Shown: positions 49,130 to 51,397 of the stretch, piece by piece | Layout: each line of letters opens with the position of its first letter | How positions within the stretch are numbered: position 1 is the stretch's first letter | Virus record (IMG/VR): IMGVR_UViG_3300045988_030125 | Strand: one strand, 5' to 3' | From: a virus | Length of the DNA: 51,397 nucleotides | The notes under the pieces: model-generated | The model's database searches: none | Seen by the model: the letters and a program-made list of their open reading frames with translations, nothing else | Told to the model about the DNA's origin: nothing | Position numbers and translations under genes: made by a program

Positions 49130-49354
49130 TTAAGACCCCCTAAAGTTTGTTGTTGTAAAAAAGACGCGGTGCCCGGAGTCTACAACCTCGTAGTCAAGTT
49201 CTCGACACAGCTGCTCCATAGCGTCTTCACTGTAATAGTTACCCTTGTTGTCCAACCAGTAGTACGTCAGCTCTCCAAGGATCAGGAAAAATGACTTGTG
49301 TAGCCGTTCGACACGGATGCAGGCACCGCTGCTGAGTTTATTCAGGACAGCCAT
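49130..49354 (-). CDS. hypothetical protein (74 aa)
   Basis: I moved the track ORF start to the ATG that overlaps the upstream stop as TAATG. Confidence 0.65.
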   Translation of the reverse strand: MAVLNKLSSGACIRVERLHKSFFLILGELTYYWLDNKGNYYSEDAMEQLCRELDYEVVDSGHRVFFTTTNFRGS

Positions 49355-49557
49355 TAGCGGCACCCCGCAATCATTGCGACACCAATAACCATGTGTAAGA
49401 CAAACTCAACCAGTGCGACAACGACAACCAAGCCCAACAGGCACGACACGCCCCAGCCTATGATGTCCCAGCAATCGTAGATTGTGTAGCTGACCACAAA
49501 CACTGCGCCAAGCCACAGAAGAGCCATGAAACAGTAGACTATCCCCAGGACCATCAT
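49354..49557 (-). CDS. membrane protein (67 aa, two TM)
   Basis: The ORF is in the track and the sequence is hydrophobic. Confidence 0.7.
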   Translation of the reverse strand: MMVLGIVYCFMALLWLGAVFVVSYTIYDCWDIIGWGVSCLLGLVVVVALVEFVLHMVIGVAMIAGCR

Positions 49558-49871
49558 CCCTCCAACACCACCTCGACAGGCTGTTCACTATCAACCACCA
49601 TGCACAGGAACTCGTAAACACTGTAGGTATTAGACTCTTCGTCGGTCCATGCGCCTTCAAGGTCCATCATCCCCAAGGGGCAACTGTAGAAGTAGCGGTG
49701 GTCCTTAAACTTAACGACAGTGCCTGATTCGAGTAGGTGGTAATAACCACGGTTTGATAGTGCGGTGGTGTCGCGATCCTTGACTGGGATTTCAACATCC
49801 CGCATCTTCCATGTCAGTTCACAGTACAGACTGTTCAGTTCCTTGAACTTATCCAGCAGGTTGCTGGTCAT
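49554..49871 (-). CDS. hypothetical protein (105 aa)
   Basis: I moved the track ORF start to ATG 49871, which follows AGGAGGAGAAA. Confidence 0.75.
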   Translation of the reverse strand: MTSNLLDKFKELNSLYCELTWKMRDVEIPVKDRDTTALSNRGYYHLLESGTVVKFKDHRYFYSCPLGMMDLEGAWTDEESNTYSVYEFLCMVVDSEQPVEVVLEG

Positions 49872-49938
49872 TTTCTCCTCCTGTTTGTAGGTTATTGGGC
49901 GCTTGTTATCAATACGGCTCACAATGAACCAGGCTTTG

Positions 49939-50244
49939 TCACTGCATCTCCTGAAAATCGTAGTTACTGAGGTAGACCAGCTCGGTGTCTTTGGCGTTTG
50001 TGAGTTCTTCAAAAAGCTCCTCGCACGTCAGGATAGTTCCGTTAGAGCTGACCCACCTGTCACCTTTAATCGACAGGTAGTTAGGGCCTGTAGTGGCAAT
50101 GACGCCTCCAGGCTTAGACGACAGGTCCATTGGGCTGGTGATAGCAAACGTTTGGCCGTCATACTCCTGCCGCAAGTAGAACATCGGCGGGGTCAGCATT
50201 GGTTCGACAGCGGGTGTGCTGCACTTAGGGCAATTGCAAGTCAT
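49939..50244 (-). CDS. hypothetical protein (101 aa) with an N-terminal CxCxxC
   Basis: I moved the track ORF start to ATG 50244, which follows AGAGGAGAAAC. It is the first gene of the minus-strand arm. Confidence 0.75.
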   Translation of the reverse strand: MTCNCPKCSTPAVEPMLTPPMFYLRQEYDGQTFAITSPMDLSSKPGGVIATTGPNYLSIKGDRWVSSNGTILTCEELFEELTNAKDTELVYLSNYDFQEMQ

Positions 50245-50278
50245 GGTGTTTCTCCTCTGGTTGTTTGTTATTGCTTTA

Positions 50279-50333
50279 AGCATAGAAGGGTAGATGGTTA
50301 AAGTCAACAAGATAATTTGTGATCTGACCCACT
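50279..50333 (-). promoter_or_regulatory. Right-arm promoter with a half-conserved CRP-like box
   Basis: Read on the minus strand, AGTGG-gtcaga-TCACA lies at 50333-50318. TTGACT is at 50307-50302, followed by a 17-nt spacer and TATGCT at 50284-50279. Confidence 0.5.
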
Positions 50334-50377
50334 AAGGGGTATGACCTATAGCCAGGGTATACGCAAAGGGGTATGAC
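50334..50377. repeat. Direct repeats AAGGGGTATGAC x2 with a related CAGGGTATAC between them
   Basis: Copies lie at 50334-50345 and 50366-50377, with the related copy at 50352-50361. They sit between two tandem minus-strand promoters. Confidence 0.75.
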
Positions 50378-50398
50378 ACCCCCCACCAACTTTACACT

Positions 50399-50427
50399 CC
50401 TATAGCATTTGATTTTTTACTTGTCAA
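50399..50427 (-). promoter_or_regulatory. Upstream tandem right-arm promoter
   Basis: Read on the minus strand, TTGACA lies at 50427-50422, followed by a 17-nt spacer and TATAGG at 50404-50399. Confidence 0.45.
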
Positions 50428-50564
50428 ATCGAGGCCCCAAAATCCGATGTGTCAAGTGATTCCCCCTCCCAGCCCCCTCCCTAGCCCCGGACCAAACCCA
50501 AACGCATATCCAAACCAATTTTGTGACCCGGGCCACATAATCCCATCCCAACACCCACCTATAA

Positions 50565-50655
50565 CTTAGGTAAGCCTAACCTTAGCATCGTGACTCTCAC
50601 CACCTAACCTAACTTAGGCTCACCTAACTTACCTACCCACTCCCTAACTTACCTT
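50565..50655 (+). repeat. Four copies of (C)CTAACTTA within 90 bp
   Basis: Read directly: ATAACTTAGG, CCTAACTTAGG, CCTAACTTACC and CCTAACTTACC. Confidence 0.75.
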
Positions 50656-50770
50656 GCCATTGCCTTACCTGATCAACCTGCATCATTCAACACGAAGTGC
50701 AACCAACTAACTGCTCGCTACCCCCGGAAAATTGCTCTCACGAAATACCCCCCTAAGATTCCTACACACA

Positions 50771-50993
50771 AAGTAAATTACATACCTAGCAATGTAATTA
50801 CCCGCTTAATCTGTATGTAATACCCAAAGATAAGAATAATGTAAAGTACATATAAACAAGAAGGTTTCTATGATAATGTAATATAGGGGTATAGTATGTA
50901 TATATGTATTATATGTATGTAAATGTAAAAGCGTCAGATCATAGACGACAGTAATATACCCCCGGGGGGTATCCTTATTGAGAATGATTCTCA
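50771..50993. repeat. AT-rich island with ATGTAA(T/A) iterons and two palindromes
   Basis: ATGTAA(T/A) occurs at 50792, 50815, 50839, 50876, 50917 and 50923, with three further ATGTAT copies. ATACCCCCGGGGGGTAT lies at 50956-50972. GAGAATgATTCTC lies at 50981-50993. Confidence 0.8.
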
Positions 50994-51298
50994 TTATCAG
51001 TTCTCACCCTCCCTCAATTGTCCTGTCATTTACCCTATGCTATCTCTAAGCCCCTAACACCCCCTCAGAGCTACCCACATACCACTAACCCCCTAAAAGT
51101 CTCTCTACGCCCCTTCCAGACCCCTCCACGGCCATGCCAGCACCAACCACCTCCCTCCCAACCCACAACTCCCTCGCACACACACGCGCGTATAGCACAC
51201 CAAACCCAACCATGCAACTTAAACCACATCTTGAGATGTCAAGACAACACCAACCGTCTTGGCACCTAATTAGTGCCCCTGTCGAACACCCTCCAAAG

Positions 51299-51354
51299 TG
51301 TTACCCATTTCACACCATAAAAACCTTGACTTTCTCTCTCGATACTGATAAGCT
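51299..51354 (+). promoter_or_regulatory. Promoter P0 with CRP-like box; its -10 falls inside the 55-bp terminal identity
   Basis: TGTTA-cccatt-TCACA lies at 51299-51314. TTGACT is at 51326-51331, followed by a 17-nt spacer and TAAGCT at 51349-51354 (equivalent to positions 7-12). Confidence 0.5.
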
Positions 51355-51397
51355 ACCAGGGTCACCGCCCTAACCAATAACCAAACAAACAAACAAA
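51343..51397. repeat. 55-bp terminal identity, right copy
   Basis: It is identical to positions 1-55. Confidence 0.95.

Noticed and set aside
50771-50935. CRISPR-like array in the repeat-rich island
   Set aside because: The repeats are 7-mers with irregular spacing of 15-35 nt. There are no 25-40 nt repeats, no unique spacers and no cas genes.
50806-51269. Track ORFs 50806-50994 (-) and 51018-51269 (+) in the non-coding hub
   Set aside because: Their compositions simply mirror the AT island and the C-rich tract (Tyr/Ile/Leu-rich and Pro/Thr/His-rich respectively). Neither has an RBS.

Overview
The window is essentially one complete tailed-phage (siphovirus-like) genome. Its first 55 nt are identical to its last 55 nt, so the unique length is about 51.34 kb and the window origin is arbitrary. 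The host is probably an actinobacterium, judging from a WhiB-like gene, a sortase (LAKTG) substrate and GAAAGGAGG-type ribosome-binding sites.

Two convergent arms meet at a bidirectional terminator (18882-18925).
- The + arm (687-18879) carries about 36 early and replication genes: many small acidic ORFs, SNF2 helicase, dCMP deaminase, Cas4/RecB-like nuclease, AAA ATPase, HTH protein, DUF669-like protein, primase/helicase, family-A DNA polymerase, WhiB and RuvC.
- The - arm (50244 down to 18992) starts with an accessory block of small genes, many as tandem paralog pairs. It continues with a three-tRNA operon (Leu-CAA, Pro-TGG, Gln-TTG), a self-contained LPXTG surface-protein unit, dUTPase and NrdH. 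Then come a lysis cassette (amidase endolysin with GW/WYY wall-binding repeats plus membrane proteins), terminase, portal, capsid and tail genes, including a 1.7-kaa tape measure.

A non-coding hub of about 1.7 kb spans the window ends (50311-51397 plus 1-686). I saw no integrase, repressor, transposase, CRISPR array or rRNA.

The most unusual signals, all read by eye:
1. Three tRNA-like acceptor/T-arm mini-structures lie in early intergenic regions. Two are structural homologs with compensatory stem changes. The third closes an ORF-free, promoter-driven structured RNA.
2. A CRP/GlxR-type palindrome (TGTGA-N6-TCACA/G) sits 26-27 nt upstream of the -35 hexamer at nine promoters on both arms.
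3. A CCTGTCGAAC motif is clustered near the window start and looks over-represented genome-wide.
4. Four reading-frame switches coincide with homopolymer runs. One is the tail-chaperone shift, which is +1 (or -2) rather than -1.

All coordinates and motifs were worked out by hand. No database search or statistical test was run.
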